From positions 1-64,000 of the IMG/VR virus record IMGVR_UViG_3300020731_000012: a stretch of DNA of 64,000 bases; one strand, given 5' to 3'. Source of the DNA: a virus. Position numbers and translations under genes: made by a program. The notes beneath the pieces were generated by a model that made no database searches, was not told where the DNA came from, and saw only the letters and a list, made by a program, of their open reading frames with translations. Shown one piece after another: positions 46,702 to 56,700 of this stretch (positions are counted from its first letter, which is position 1; each line of letters begins with the position of its first letter).

Positions 46702-47756
46702 TGGAAATTTTTAATTATTTAGATGACGAGATTTATCTTTTTGTCTTAATATCGATCATGGTAGTTAGCGGTATAGCTAAAGAACAAAATCTATTTGCCG
46801 GTACCTATGGATTTTTAAAAAGTAAATTTAAGAGTAACAGATTAGTTATCATGTTGCTGAGTTTCGTATCGGGTATACTGCCAATTGAAGGTCGTGCTAC
46901 AGTGTCAGCAGGTATATTAGATACGGCGACTGGCGTGAACGGTGATAATGCCAGCCGCAAAAAATTAGGTATTATCGATTTCTTAACCACTCATCATTTT
47001 TACATGTGGAGTCCGATTGAAAAACCCGTACTGCTACCTATGGCGGCTTTTGGTATTGGATATGCCGCATGGTTAGGCATGCTGGCGCCATTGATTGCTG
47101 TCAGCTTCCTGTTTATTGTACTGTACTGTTGGTTAGCGGTAGATGAGAACGAAGTAGTGATTGCAGAATGTCCAGAGTCTACAGGATTCTTAGACTTTGC
47201 AAAAAATACACTGCCATTCTTGGCAGCCATTGTGGCCTATATGCTGATGGGCGGCGAAGGTCCCGAAGCAGTATTTCCAGTATTTGGTGCATTACTAGTA
47301 TATTATATACTAATCACTCGATCGTTTGATATTAAAAAGTTAAACAGTTATATTAATTGGACTACAGTGGCTATCGTTGCTGTAGTATTTGCGAGCTCGG
47401 GATATATGCAAGAGCATCGCGCTTGGATTGAAGAAGCTGTTAAGAGCATAGGATTAGATATGCACACATTTAAAGGTGTGTTCTTTATCAGTTTACTAAC
47501 ATTCTTAGCCAGTTTCTCAATGGGCAGTGACGGCAAATTTGCCGCACTGACTGTGCTAATGACAAGTGCCTTTGGTAGGGAATACCTACTTTGGTTCTTT
47601 GCATTAGACTATTGTGGTTACTTGCTGACCCCAATGCACGAATGTGTAATGATTGGTAAGCGTTATTTTGGAACAACTCTTACTACTTACTACACAGCAC
47701 TAATCGGATGGGCTTTATTGCTCGTTTCGGTTGCAGGAGTTTTTACATTCCTGTAA
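46701..47756 (+). CDS. Polytopic inner-membrane protein, DUF401-like (ion-transporter superfamily-like)
   Basis: About 9-10 hydrophobic segments; GILPIEGRATVSAG, HHFYMWSP and LLTPMHECVMIGKRYF recall DUF401 motifs (GLLP.PGGA..SAP; SP.H.CL..T.EYF); GTG start coupled to TAG. Confidence 0.65.
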   Translation: MEIFNYLDDEIYLFVLISIMVVSGIAKEQNLFAGTYGFLKSKFKSNRLVIMLLSFVSGILPIEGRATVSAGILDTATGVNGDNASRKKLGIIDFLTTHHFYMWSPIEKPVLLPMAAFGIGYAAWLGMLAPLIAVSFLFIVLYCWLAVDENEVVIAECPESTGFLDFAKNTLPFLAAIVAYMLMGGEGPEAVFPVFGALLVYYILITRSFDIKKLNSYINWTTVAIVAVVFASSGYMQEHRAWIEEAVKSIGLDMHTFKGVFFISLLTFLASFSMGSDGKFAALTVLMTSAFGREYLLWFFALDYCGYLLTPMHECVMIGKRYFGTTLTTYYTALIGWALLLVSVAGVFTFL

Positions 47757-47792
47757 AATGACAGAGTTACACTTAATTAAGGAGATTTATAA

Positions 47793-48386
47793 GTGAATAA
47801 GATGTTAACATTAATTTTTGCCGCATTATTGAGCGGTACAGCACTAGCTGAAACAGGTATCAGCACTGAGTTTGAACGTGAGCGTGGCACACAAGCCCCA
47901 AACACAATGACAAACACAATCAAGATTGCACCATATGTCAAGTTTGACAACGGTGTTAAAGCCGACATTCAAGTAGGTGCTAGCCGTGATGATGGTTCTG
48001 TTAGCGGTAATAAAAACCCAATTGAGAATACAGCAGAAGCTCGTGTTCAAAAATTGTATGAAGTTTACCCAGGCTTGCACCTAGGTGGACGTTTGGGTCT
48101 AGGTGAAGTATTCAACGGTGTTAATTCTGCTGGTAACACAGTAGACTTTGGCTACTACACAGTAGAACCAAAAGCTGAATACTTTATCACTGACAAATTG
48201 TCTGCGTTAGCTAGTTGGAGATTCCGTGATTCATTTGCAGATAACAACAACTATCTAACACGCACTTGGAAAGCTGGTTTCGGTTATGACGTTACTAAGA
48301 AAGACTTAGTTGAAGTCAAGTACTTCCAAAACCGCGGTGACGAAAAGACTAATGGTGTTGCTCTAGAGTACACACGCGGTTTCTAA
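47793..48386 (+). CDS. Outer-membrane beta-barrel (porin-like) protein
   Basis: Sec signal MNKMLTLIFAALLSGTALA, alternating amphipathic beta strands, C-terminal BAM signal LEYTRGF; SD AAGGAG. Confidence 0.75.
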   Translation: MNKMLTLIFAALLSGTALAETGISTEFERERGTQAPNTMTNTIKIAPYVKFDNGVKADIQVGASRDDGSVSGNKNPIENTAEARVQKLYEVYPGLHLGGRLGLGEVFNGVNSAGNTVDFGYYTVEPKAEYFITDKLSALASWRFRDSFADNNNYLTRTWKAGFGYDVTKKDLVEVKYFQNRGDEKTNGVALEYTRGF

Positions 48387-48403
48387 TCTAATTAGAACCC
48401 AAT

Positions 48404-48430
48404 AAAAAAGGACCTTCGGGTCCTTTTTTT
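48404..48430. terminator. Bidirectional rho-independent terminator
   Basis: AAAAAAGGACC-TTCG-GGTCCTTTTTTT between convergent genes. Confidence 0.92.
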
Positions 48431-48878
48431 ATATTAGATCAACGAGATCAAACACAGTTTGTAGTTTAGTTCTTATAGTTTTATTTGAAAAACTATTACG
48501 CAGGCCTTGATGTAATGGTTTAGGAGCACGATCCATTATTGCCCAAGCCCAAGCAGAGTGTTCGTCACTAAGAGTTGGGATAAATTCGTTTTCTATTACG
48601 CACAAATAAGTATGGAAATTAAAAACATTGTCATTACTTACAAATGTTTCTAACGGAATAGTTTTAATTATTGAAGGAACAAAGCCTAATTCTTCTTGTA
48701 TTTCGCGTTGTAGACCCTGCCAAGGTGTTTCTCCCTCGATAGTAGTACCACCTACAAGCCCCCAGGTGCCTTCGTGTTTGCCATGGGCTTTTTGTAATAA
48801 CAAGAAACGTCGTGTAGATTTAGCGTAGAACAATGCTCCGCTACATACTATGCGTTCTGTTATAACTCTAGTCTCCAT
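48429..48878 (-). CDS. Nudix hydrolase
   Basis: Nudix box GGTTIEGETPWQGLQREIQEELG; start codon uncertain. Confidence 0.88.
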   Translation of the reverse strand: METRVITERIVCSGALFYAKSTRRFLLLQKAHGKHEGTWGLVGGTTIEGETPWQGLQREIQEELGFVPSIIKTIPLETFVSNDNVFNFHTYLCVIENEFIPTLSDEHSAWAWAIMDRAPKPLHQGLRNSFSNKTIRTKLQTVFDLVDLI

Positions 48879-50365
48879 GATCCTGTAGGATATTCACCTT
48901 CAAAGCTCTTTGTCCATGAAACTCCGTTCCATAGATACTGTACTCCAGTGTATATATTAGTTTGCCACACCATGGTACTTGCTTCTTGAGCATGTGAAAA
49001 TATAACATGCCATCCTGTGCCTGTATATTCTATGATATCGTTGGCCTTAGCGACTAGTGTTCCCCATACTGATGAATAGTTTGTAGCAGACGCTCCAGGT
49101 GTTGCGCCAGTCCATTGATTGTCTTTAATGTTAGCAGTTGAACCGATATCTTCAATAATCAGATATCTAGTACCGGCAGCTGGACTTGTTGGAGTGTAGG
49201 TTAACGGGTTGATAATAGCATCAAATGTTCCAGGACTGTTAGGTCGATAGCTGGCAGCCGCATTATAACCTGCCATATAATCAAATACACCTGAACTGTC
49301 TATACCAGTGTTAGACACTAGTGTATCACGGTCCCAGTTGACAATCATAATAGTTGAATCAACTGGATTTAGTGCTACAGTTCCAACTATTTCTGTGCCG
49401 TTGCTTTGTGTTAAGAACAATCTACTTGAGCCTGCTGTGAATTTTCCAGGATATTGGCCAAGTGCTATGTTCCAATCAATCGGAGCACCATTACGAACAG
49501 GTATATCTAGAGTAGGTTCACGCGGTGTAAATCCTTCTGTTGGGCTGAGTATAACTGCTTGTCCATTATAAACTTGTAGGATGTAGTCAGTAATAGTCGT
49601 GATATTTTCAGCTAGTAGATCAGAGAAACTGCTAGTTCCTATAGATCCTGCCGGATCTTCTCCAAGTCCTTCGATATAGCCAGTAGGTGAAGTGTCTGTC
49701 GAGCCCCAAAGGCTGGTAACAATCTTAGTGATAACGCCAAGGTGTTTGACTTTGACTGGCGGACTGATCCAAATACCTGTATCCACAGTCAATGTAGAAA
49801 TATCGATCGGAGTATCTGTGCCTACAGGAACTGTTCTTGAATCCCAGTTAATGTCTGTAAGGTTTAATACACTCAAACTGGTCCAGTCGATATAGTTGTC
49901 AGTGGTTTGTAATTCTAAACTAGGATTAAACAATACCAATATTTGTTCTAGTATTTGTAATCGTTGATCAGTGTTGGCAGTCCAAATGTCTACTTTCATA
50001 GTGAGTTTAAAAGGAGTCGGCATTAGACGTTCTACTGTGTAGTTACGTCCTTGACCGCTGGTATAATTTTGACCAGTTTGATCAAAATCTCTTTCACGGA
50101 AATGCATTTTGCTGACAAAAGTAGCATCACTAGTACGTTCACGATCTAGTGCAAGTTGACTTACATACACACTGATACGTGGTACAGAGTTAACTTTGTT
50201 TTCAGAGTTGTTACGAATAATACTGGCCACTGCACGGTCAGCATCTCCATACATTACAGGAACACGTACAAGAGTTCCGTCTCCATATTTGACCGTAAAG
50301 TTACTGAACACACGTATTGTTTGTGTGATATATCTTCTTATTTGACCATCATAAAACCATAACAT
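48860..50365 (-). CDS. g15: Tail sheath stabiliser / tail completion protein (T4 gp15-like) with C-terminal extension
   Basis: FYD..IRRYI....RVFSN, VPVMYG, VPRIS, MPTPF.L...VDIW....DQRLQILEQIL.LFNP. Confidence 0.75.
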   Translation of the reverse strand: MLWFYDGQIRRYITQTIRVFSNFTVKYGDGTLVRVPVMYGDADRAVASIIRNNSENKVNSVPRISVYVSQLALDRERTSDATFVSKMHFRERDFDQTGQNYTSGQGRNYTVERLMPTPFKLTMKVDIWTANTDQRLQILEQILVLFNPSLELQTTDNYIDWTSLSVLNLTDINWDSRTVPVGTDTPIDISTLTVDTGIWISPPVKVKHLGVITKIVTSLWGSTDTSPTGYIEGLGEDPAGSIGTSSFSDLLAENITTITDYILQVYNGQAVILSPTEGFTPREPTLDIPVRNGAPIDWNIALGQYPGKFTAGSSRLFLTQSNGTEIVGTVALNPVDSTIMIVNWDRDTLVSNTGIDSSGVFDYMAGYNAAASYRPNSPGTFDAIINPLTYTPTSPAAGTRYLIIEDIGSTANIKDNQWTGATPGASATNYSSVWGTLVAKANDIIEYTGTGWHVIFSHAQEASTMVWQTNIYTGVQYLWNGVSWTKSFEGEYPTGSWRLEL

Positions 50366-51837
50366 TAGAAATCCGCCTTAGGTTTAAGAGCTGAAGACAG
50401 GCTTTGTCTCTGAGCTTCTTTATAGTTATACAATGTTACAGCCCATACGCCTGCAAATGGAATTGTTTGTTGTACAGAATTAATCACAGGCAGTGTAATT
50501 TTAAGTTTAGAAGACTGCACACCGATCGGGTCAGTATATGTGTACTGACTTAACATGCTGGTATAAACTGTAGTGTCAAAATCTAATACCTGTGTATCTA
50601 ATTTTAATACAACATATGGTGCTGTAGTATAAGGTATTAGTGTGAATATTACTGTAGTGCCAGCTGTAATATATCCGTTAGGCTCGCCGGTGATTTGTGT
50701 AGGATTATGACTGAATCCTGTAGCCACCTCATCATTATATGTGGCCGCAGTATTGTTGATAAATCCTGTTTTGAGAGTGTTGCGAGTATCGTTATTAGTC
50801 ATATTCATGCGAACAGCGTCCTCTACTTTGACCCAACGAGTACTGTCAAATCGGAACAGTCTGTTAGGCATGAAATCTGTGCGTAGGAAAAAGTCGTTGT
50901 CTGTAGGCGCTGCCGGAAATTGTATACCAAAACCAAATGCATATCCGTTTTGAGGATAGCCATCGCCGATTAGATAACCGGTATAACCAGTACGTGGAGG
51001 TATGCCTACAGTAGTATCTGCTGTAACATTTCCAACTGTACTGGCATCAATAGTAGCATCATCCGCAGTTTCAAGTACAGGAACGCCTTTGTCGTCAACA
51101 GCTAGTGTGTAAAACTGTCTAGTTTCGTAACCACTCTTAGGAGCATCTGCTTCAGCTTGTGCTACAACAGTGTCGTTAATAGACAGCTCTTGGTTGTGCG
51201 TACTTAATAGGTCGCGCAGAGTAGTGTTGGCCACTGGATCACCGTTGGCATCAACTGCTGGCTGATTAAAGATCTGTGCAAACTGTTGGTTGTCTACTAC
51301 CTTCTTACACTTTAATCTGTACAAATGTGGATACCAAGTAGAACTGAAACCTTCTGAAGCACGACCTACATCTTCAATAACATAATAGCGAGGCAGTCCT
51401 ACGCTGAAATTATTGAGTGCAAAATCATCACGCAAATGCGGCAATTCAAAAACATCGCCTGAAATAGGTTTACGGCCTATAGTATTAATAATATCGTTGA
51501 TATGCACAGTCATGTAGATTGTGTCATTGTCAATAAACAGGCCAAACTGACTTAGGTTAAAGTCAATGTTCGACACGCTGTAATGTCCTCGTAATCTGTA
51601 GATCTGCGTATCATATGCGCGATCTCGATTTTCTAAAAACAGTAGATCTTGTATGTTGGCCACGTTTTGTGTACCATATACGGGCTGATCAGCACTTTGC
51701 GTAACACCCTGGTTAGGTCCTAGGTATTTGTGTAGGTACAAATCAGTACCTCCAACTTGAAACATTTCACTGGCCTGACGGTCCATGAACTTGTAATCAA
51801 GCCCTTTTTCTGGTTTATATAAAGATAATCGTGGCAT
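50365..51837 (-). CDS. g14: Neck / head-completion protein (T4 gp14-like), extended
   Basis: E....GG.D.Y, LSQFGL....D, KP..GD..ELP, YRLKC motifs; adjacent to gp13 and gp15; ATG 51837 lies 5 nt after the minus-strand TAAATA. Confidence 0.62.
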   Translation of the reverse strand: MPRLSLYKPEKGLDYKFMDRQASEMFQVGGTDLYLHKYLGPNQGVTQSADQPVYGTQNVANIQDLLFLENRDRAYDTQIYRLRGHYSVSNIDFNLSQFGLFIDNDTIYMTVHINDIINTIGRKPISGDVFELPHLRDDFALNNFSVGLPRYYVIEDVGRASEGFSSTWYPHLYRLKCKKVVDNQQFAQIFNQPAVDANGDPVANTTLRDLLSTHNQELSINDTVVAQAEADAPKSGYETRQFYTLAVDDKGVPVLETADDATIDASTVGNVTADTTVGIPPRTGYTGYLIGDGYPQNGYAFGFGIQFPAAPTDNDFFLRTDFMPNRLFRFDSTRWVKVEDAVRMNMTNNDTRNTLKTGFINNTAATYNDEVATGFSHNPTQITGEPNGYITAGTTVIFTLIPYTTAPYVVLKLDTQVLDFDTTVYTSMLSQYTYTDPIGVQSSKLKITLPVINSVQQTIPFAGVWAVTLYNYKEAQRQSLSSALKPKADF

Positions 51838-51842
51838 AATCA

Positions 51843-51861
51843 TATTTAGCTAGGATAAATA
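51843..51861. promoter_or_regulatory. Back-to-back divergent late promoters
   Basis: TATTTA (51843-51848), 7 nt, then TAAATA (51856-51861). Confidence 0.72.
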
Positions 51862-51879
51862 TACTTGGAGAGCAAAAAT

Positions 51880-52665
51880 ATGGATGATCTAGCACCGTCA
51901 GTAACGTCAAATTCCACAGCAGAACGTAATAAAGTATTTGATTATGTCAAACTTATGCTGGGCGACGGCATGGTTGAAGTTGAATTAGACCCTGCGCACT
52001 ATGAAACTGCGCTAGATCGAGCGATCAATCGCTATCGTCAACGTAGCCCTAATGCTGTAGAAGAAAGCTATATGTTTTTAGAGCTGATACAGGATCAAAA
52101 TGAATACAGATTACCGGATGAAGTTATTACAGTTCGTCAAGTATTTCGCCGCGCTATCGGTAGCCGTACCGGTATTGGCGCTGGTGGTACTTTGTTTGAA
52201 CCCTTTAACTTGGCATATACAAATACATATTTGATGTCAGGTAGCATGATGGGCGGCCTAGCAACATATGACATGTTTGCAGGATACCAAAAATTAGTAG
52301 GTCGTATGTTTGGTTCATACATAGAATTTGTCTGGAAACCTACTACACACATATTAAACATACTACAACGTCCTTTCGCACAAGGCGAACAGATTCTAGT
52401 GCAAAGTTACAACTTCCGCCCTGACTGGGTCCTGTTGCAAGACACTTACGCTAAACAATGGTTAAAAGACTACACCTTAGCCACAGCTAAAATGATGCTA
52501 GGTGAAGCACGTAGCAAATTTACATCTATTGCGGGCCCGCAAAGTGGCATACAGTTGAACGGTACTGCTCTATTAAGCTCTGGTAAAGAAGAATTGGATA
52601 AACTAGATAAAGAATTAGAAACTCTAGTAGCAGGCGGTACTGGTTACTATTTCGTTCTTGGCTAA
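51880..52665 (+). CDS. g13: Neck protein (T4 gp13-like)
   Basis: YVKLMLG...VEVELD, WLKDYTLA..K..LGEARSKF..I.GP..GIQLNG; ATG 51880 after SD GGAG. Confidence 0.85.
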   Translation: MDDLAPSVTSNSTAERNKVFDYVKLMLGDGMVEVELDPAHYETALDRAINRYRQRSPNAVEESYMFLELIQDQNEYRLPDEVITVRQVFRRAIGSRTGIGAGGTLFEPFNLAYTNTYLMSGSMMGGLATYDMFAGYQKLVGRMFGSYIEFVWKPTTHILNILQRPFAQGEQILVQSYNFRPDWVLLQDTYAKQWLKDYTLATAKMMLGEARSKFTSIAGPQSGIQLNGTALLSSGKEELDKLDKELETLVAGGTGYYFVLG

Positions 52666-52672
52666 AAATAAT

Positions 52673-52701
52673 TTGACCTTGTAATAAAACTGTTATATAA
52701 T
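52673..52701 (+). promoter_or_regulatory. Sigma70-type (early/middle) promoter
   Basis: TTGACC-17 nt-TATAAT upstream of the dNMP kinase gene. Confidence 0.8.
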
Positions 52702-52722
52702 AGCAGTAACTTAGGGGGTTCT

Positions 52723-53397
52723 ATGATCATAGGTGTGTGTGGTTTTATTGGTTCGGGCAAAGATACCATTGCCGATTATCTTACTAATTTCCACGGATTT
52801 AGACGAGAAAGTTTTGCCAACAGTTTGAAAGATGCTGTAGCACAAGTATTTGGTTGGGATAGAACCATGCTTGAAGGCCGTACAAAAATGGCACGTGAGT
52901 GGCGTGAACAAGTAGATCCGTGGTGGTCAGAACGCCTAAACATGCCTAACCTAACTCCACGCTGGGTACTACAGTACTGGGGCACAGAAGTTTGCCGCAA
53001 AGCGTTCCATGACGATATTTGGATCGCATCATTAGAGAATAAACTACGCAACTCGAAAGATGACATAGTTATTAGTGACTGCCGTTTTCCTAATGAAATT
53101 AAGTCAATTAAAGATGCCGGCGGCATTGTAATCCGTGTGGTTCGCGGTGCCGAACCTGATTGGTATCAAGTGGCAGAATACGCTAATCAAGGGCTAGAAA
53201 TGTTCCAAGAAAAGCTAAAAACTCTAGGTATACACGCTAGTGAAACTGCTTGGGTTGGCACTAAATTTGACTACACTTTAGACAATAATGAAACTATTGA
53301 CGACCTATACACTCAAGTGCAAAGCGTTATAGGTCTGGTACAAGATCCCCTTGACGCCAACGAACGCCCTCTTTATGTAGGACTCGAGCACAGTTAG
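52723..53397 (+). CDS. Deoxynucleoside monophosphate kinase (T4 gp1-like)
   Basis: IIGVCGFIGSGKDT, SFA..LKD, TPRWVLQYWGTE, VISDCRFPNE, HASE. Confidence 0.92.
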   Translation: MIIGVCGFIGSGKDTIADYLTNFHGFRRESFANSLKDAVAQVFGWDRTMLEGRTKMAREWREQVDPWWSERLNMPNLTPRWVLQYWGTEVCRKAFHDDIWIASLENKLRNSKDDIVISDCRFPNEIKSIKDAGGIVIRVVRGAEPDWYQVAEYANQGLEMFQEKLKTLGIHASETAWVGTKFDYTLDNNETIDDLYTQVQSVIGLVQDPLDANERPLYVGLEHS

Positions 53398-53653
53398 CAC
53401 ACACAGTTTTCAGGTTAGAATGTCGACAATTATCTAAGTTGCCGTCAACGTGAAACACAGTAAACACTTCACGATGCGGTGTTCTAAAACCACACTTGTC
53501 ACACTTGTCTAGCATTTTATAACCAGCAGTTGCCCAGCGTGGTTGTTTAACTCCCCTGGCGCACAGCCCGCACTGACTCCTGTAAAATGCTTTACCATCC
53601 TTGTAATAGTTGATTGCAACAGGCGCTCGCCCGCATGTACACAAAGGTCTCAT
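53327..53653 (-). CDS. Zn-finger / HNH-like small protein
   Basis: CxC, CxxC, CDKCG, VFHVDGNLDN....NL..VCANC; preceded by TAAATA 5 nt before the ATG. Confidence 0.75.
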   Translation of the reverse strand: MRPLCTCGRAPVAINYYKDGKAFYRSQCGLCARGVKQPRWATAGYKMLDKCDKCGFRTPHREVFTVFHVDGNLDNCRHSNLKTVCANCARVLHKEGVRWRQGDLVPDL

Positions 53654-53658
53654 GTTTT

Positions 53659-53664
53659 TATTTA
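53659..53664 (-). promoter_or_regulatory. Late promoter TAAATA (leaderless-type)
   Basis: Minus strand TAAATA-AAAAC-ATG. Confidence 0.65.
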
Positions 53665-53720
53665 AGCCTTTTTGCGGCCTTTTTATAGGGTTATTACAGC
53701 TACAAATTATCCAAATGCCA

Positions 53721-53726
53721 TAAATA
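53721..53726 (+). promoter_or_regulatory. Late promoter TAAATA for tail sheath
   Basis: Followed by SD GGAG and ATG 53759. Confidence 0.72.
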
Positions 53727-53758
53727 CATTAACAGTATGTCATCATGGAGATAACACA

Positions 53759-56700
53759 ATGGCTCAATTAAGTTCACCAGGCGTAAGCGTAACCGTTATA
53801 GACGAAAGTTTCTATACACCCGCTGCCGCAGGAACCGTACCCTTATTCATCGTTGCTTCGGCACAAAACAAACAAAATGGCGCAGGAACAGGTACAGCAC
53901 CTGGTACACTAAAAGCCAACGCAGGTACTGTATACTTGCTAACAAGTCAGAAAGATCTAAGCGACACATTTGGTGTTCCAACGTTCTATACAGATTCTAG
54001 CAATAACCCAATTCATGCAGGCGAACAAAATGAATATGGTCTAGAAGCTGCCTATAGTTTCTTGGGAGTTTCAAATCGTGCATACGTTGTACGTGCTGAC
54101 ATCGACCTAGCTGGCCTAACTGCTTCAGCTACAGCTCCAACAAGTCCTCCAGCAGATGGTACATATTGGTTAGATACAACCGATACAAAATGGGGTGTAT
54201 TCCAGTGGAATCAGAATGCCGCAACTACAACAGGCGGACAACAATTTGGTGTACAAAACGTAACAGTTATCACTGATTCAACACTAGTAAGCGGTGGCAC
54301 TCCACTAGCGAGCTATGGTACTATTGGTCAGTATGTTATCGTTGCCACAACTACACTATTAAAACTATGGTTCAAGAAACCTCTTACTAGCACTCCAGCT
54401 GGTACATGGGTTGAAGTTGGTACAAGTTCTTGGGCCGCAAGTTGGCCAACAGCAACAGGTACAGTTGCAAGTCCAACACTATTAAGCGGTGATAGCATTG
54501 TTATTAACGGAACAAGTATTACTGGTGTTACTAACCTAGCTGGGTTGAACACAGCAATTAACAGTAACTCAACATTGACTTCAGCTGGTATTACTTCAGC
54601 TGTGATTAACAATTATCTAGTGTTGTACAGCAATGGTACTAACACAAACAATCCTACATATCCAGGTGCGATCACAATCAGCGGTACAACAGTTGCCAAA
54701 GTTGGTCTAAATCAAGGTTCAAACTTGTCAGCAACCAGCTGGATTTATCTAGCTCCACAGCTACAGATCAGCGCACATACAAGTGTTCCACTATTCAAGA
54801 TCACAGACGTTACAGCATCAGTTAACGGTGCTCCAACAGGTAGCCTATGGTTGAAAACAACTACTGCTAACCTAGGCGCAGACTTTATTGTACAAAAATA
54901 CAATGCGGCTGCTACAGCGTTCCAAGCACAAACAGTTGGCGTTTACCAAAACGGCAGTTCAGCTAACTACTACCTAGATCCAACAGGTGGTGGTATTAAC
55001 TTGCCAATTGGTACAGTATATGCCAAGTATAACGACGGCGAAGCGGCTTCGTCATTAACTAACTTCAAACTCTACATCCGTACTGGTGTAGGCTATACAA
55101 CCCTAGTGTCAAACATTATTGGTACTAGTACATTTACATCAGGAACTAACACATTCACCCTAAGTGAAAGTTATGTTGGTCAAGCCGCAATGGGCACACC
55201 ACTAACAGTTTCATTTACAGCCGCAGGCACTAGTGCTGATGCACAGGCACTGTTAACAGCTATCAATGCCGCAGGATTTACTAATGTTCAAGCTAGCCTA
55301 AACACTAATAATTCAATTACAATTATTCATAATGACGGCGGCGAAATGCGTTTTGTAGACGGTACTAATTTGCCAATCAGCAAACTGTTTGCAGTAGGTA
55401 CAACAGCTAACTTCTTCTCTAACCCAGCAGGTACTGCCAATGCTTATGTAGCTAGCTTATGGAGTCCAACAATTTCAGGTGCAAGTTTCTACACAGCATC
55501 GGCAAGTGCCCCGACAGCGATTCCTGCAAACGGTACATATTGGTATGATTCAGCAGTTACTGATGTTGATATTATGGTCAACAACGGAACAAGTTGGGTT
55601 GGATATCTAAACTATACACAAAACCAAGCAGGTGGTTCAACAACAGATCCAAATGGTCCAATCGTTTCAGCATCACAGCCTACAACACAAAGCGGTGGAA
55701 CTGCATTGGCCAACGGTGATATATGGATCAGCACAGCTAACTTAGATGATTTCCCAACAATCTACAAGTATAATTACTTGACTAAACAATGGGTACTGAT
55801 TGACAACACTGACCATACTAGCGAAAACGGCATTATATTTGCCGATGCACGTTGGGGAACAAGTGGTGCAACATCAGGCACAGCTGGTTCAATCGTTGCA
55901 CTATTAACTTCAAACTTTGTAGATCCAGACTGCCCAAGTCCAGCACTGTATCCAAAAGGAACATTGTTGTGGAATCTACGTCGTTCAAGCTATAATGTTA
56001 AGAAATATGTAAGTGGTTACATTAACACAACCTTACGCAACACAATTTATAACAACGAAGTAATGACCAGCTACTTTGCTGATCGTTGGGTTTCACAAGC
56101 TCCAAATGATTATCAAGGCGAAGGACAGTTTGGCCGCCATGCTCAACGTGCAGTTGTATTGTCAGCACTAGAAGCACTGGCCAACAGCAATCAACAAATC
56201 CGTGACACAGAATCACGTGTGTTTAACTTGATGGCTTGCCCAGGTTACCCAGAAATGATTCAACCACTAGTGAACCTAAACTATGATCGTGGATTAACTA
56301 CATTTGTAGTCGGTGACACACCAGCACGTTTAACACCTGATGCTACAACATTAAGTAATTGGGGTAACAACGTTAACCTTGCACCAGACAACGGTGATGT
56401 AGGACTAGTAACTACAGATCCATACTTGGGTGTTTACTATCCATGGGGTTATACAACTGACTTATTAGGTAACAACATTGTTGTTCCGCCAAGCCATATG
56501 ATGCTACGTACAATCGCATTAAGCGACAATGTTTCTTATCCATGGTTTGCACCAGCTGGTACACGTCGTGGTGGTGTTACAAATGCAAGTTCAACAGGTT
56601 ATGTTGACACAGCTACCGGAGAATTTACGGCTGTAGCACTGAACACAGGACAACGTGATACACTAGCAGGTGTACATGTTAATCCAGTAACATATCTAAC

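Noticed and set aside
53327-53653. Mobile homing endonuclease
   Set aside because: Only 108 aa, no DNA-binding extension or intron context, and it has its own late promoter. More likely a resident gene.
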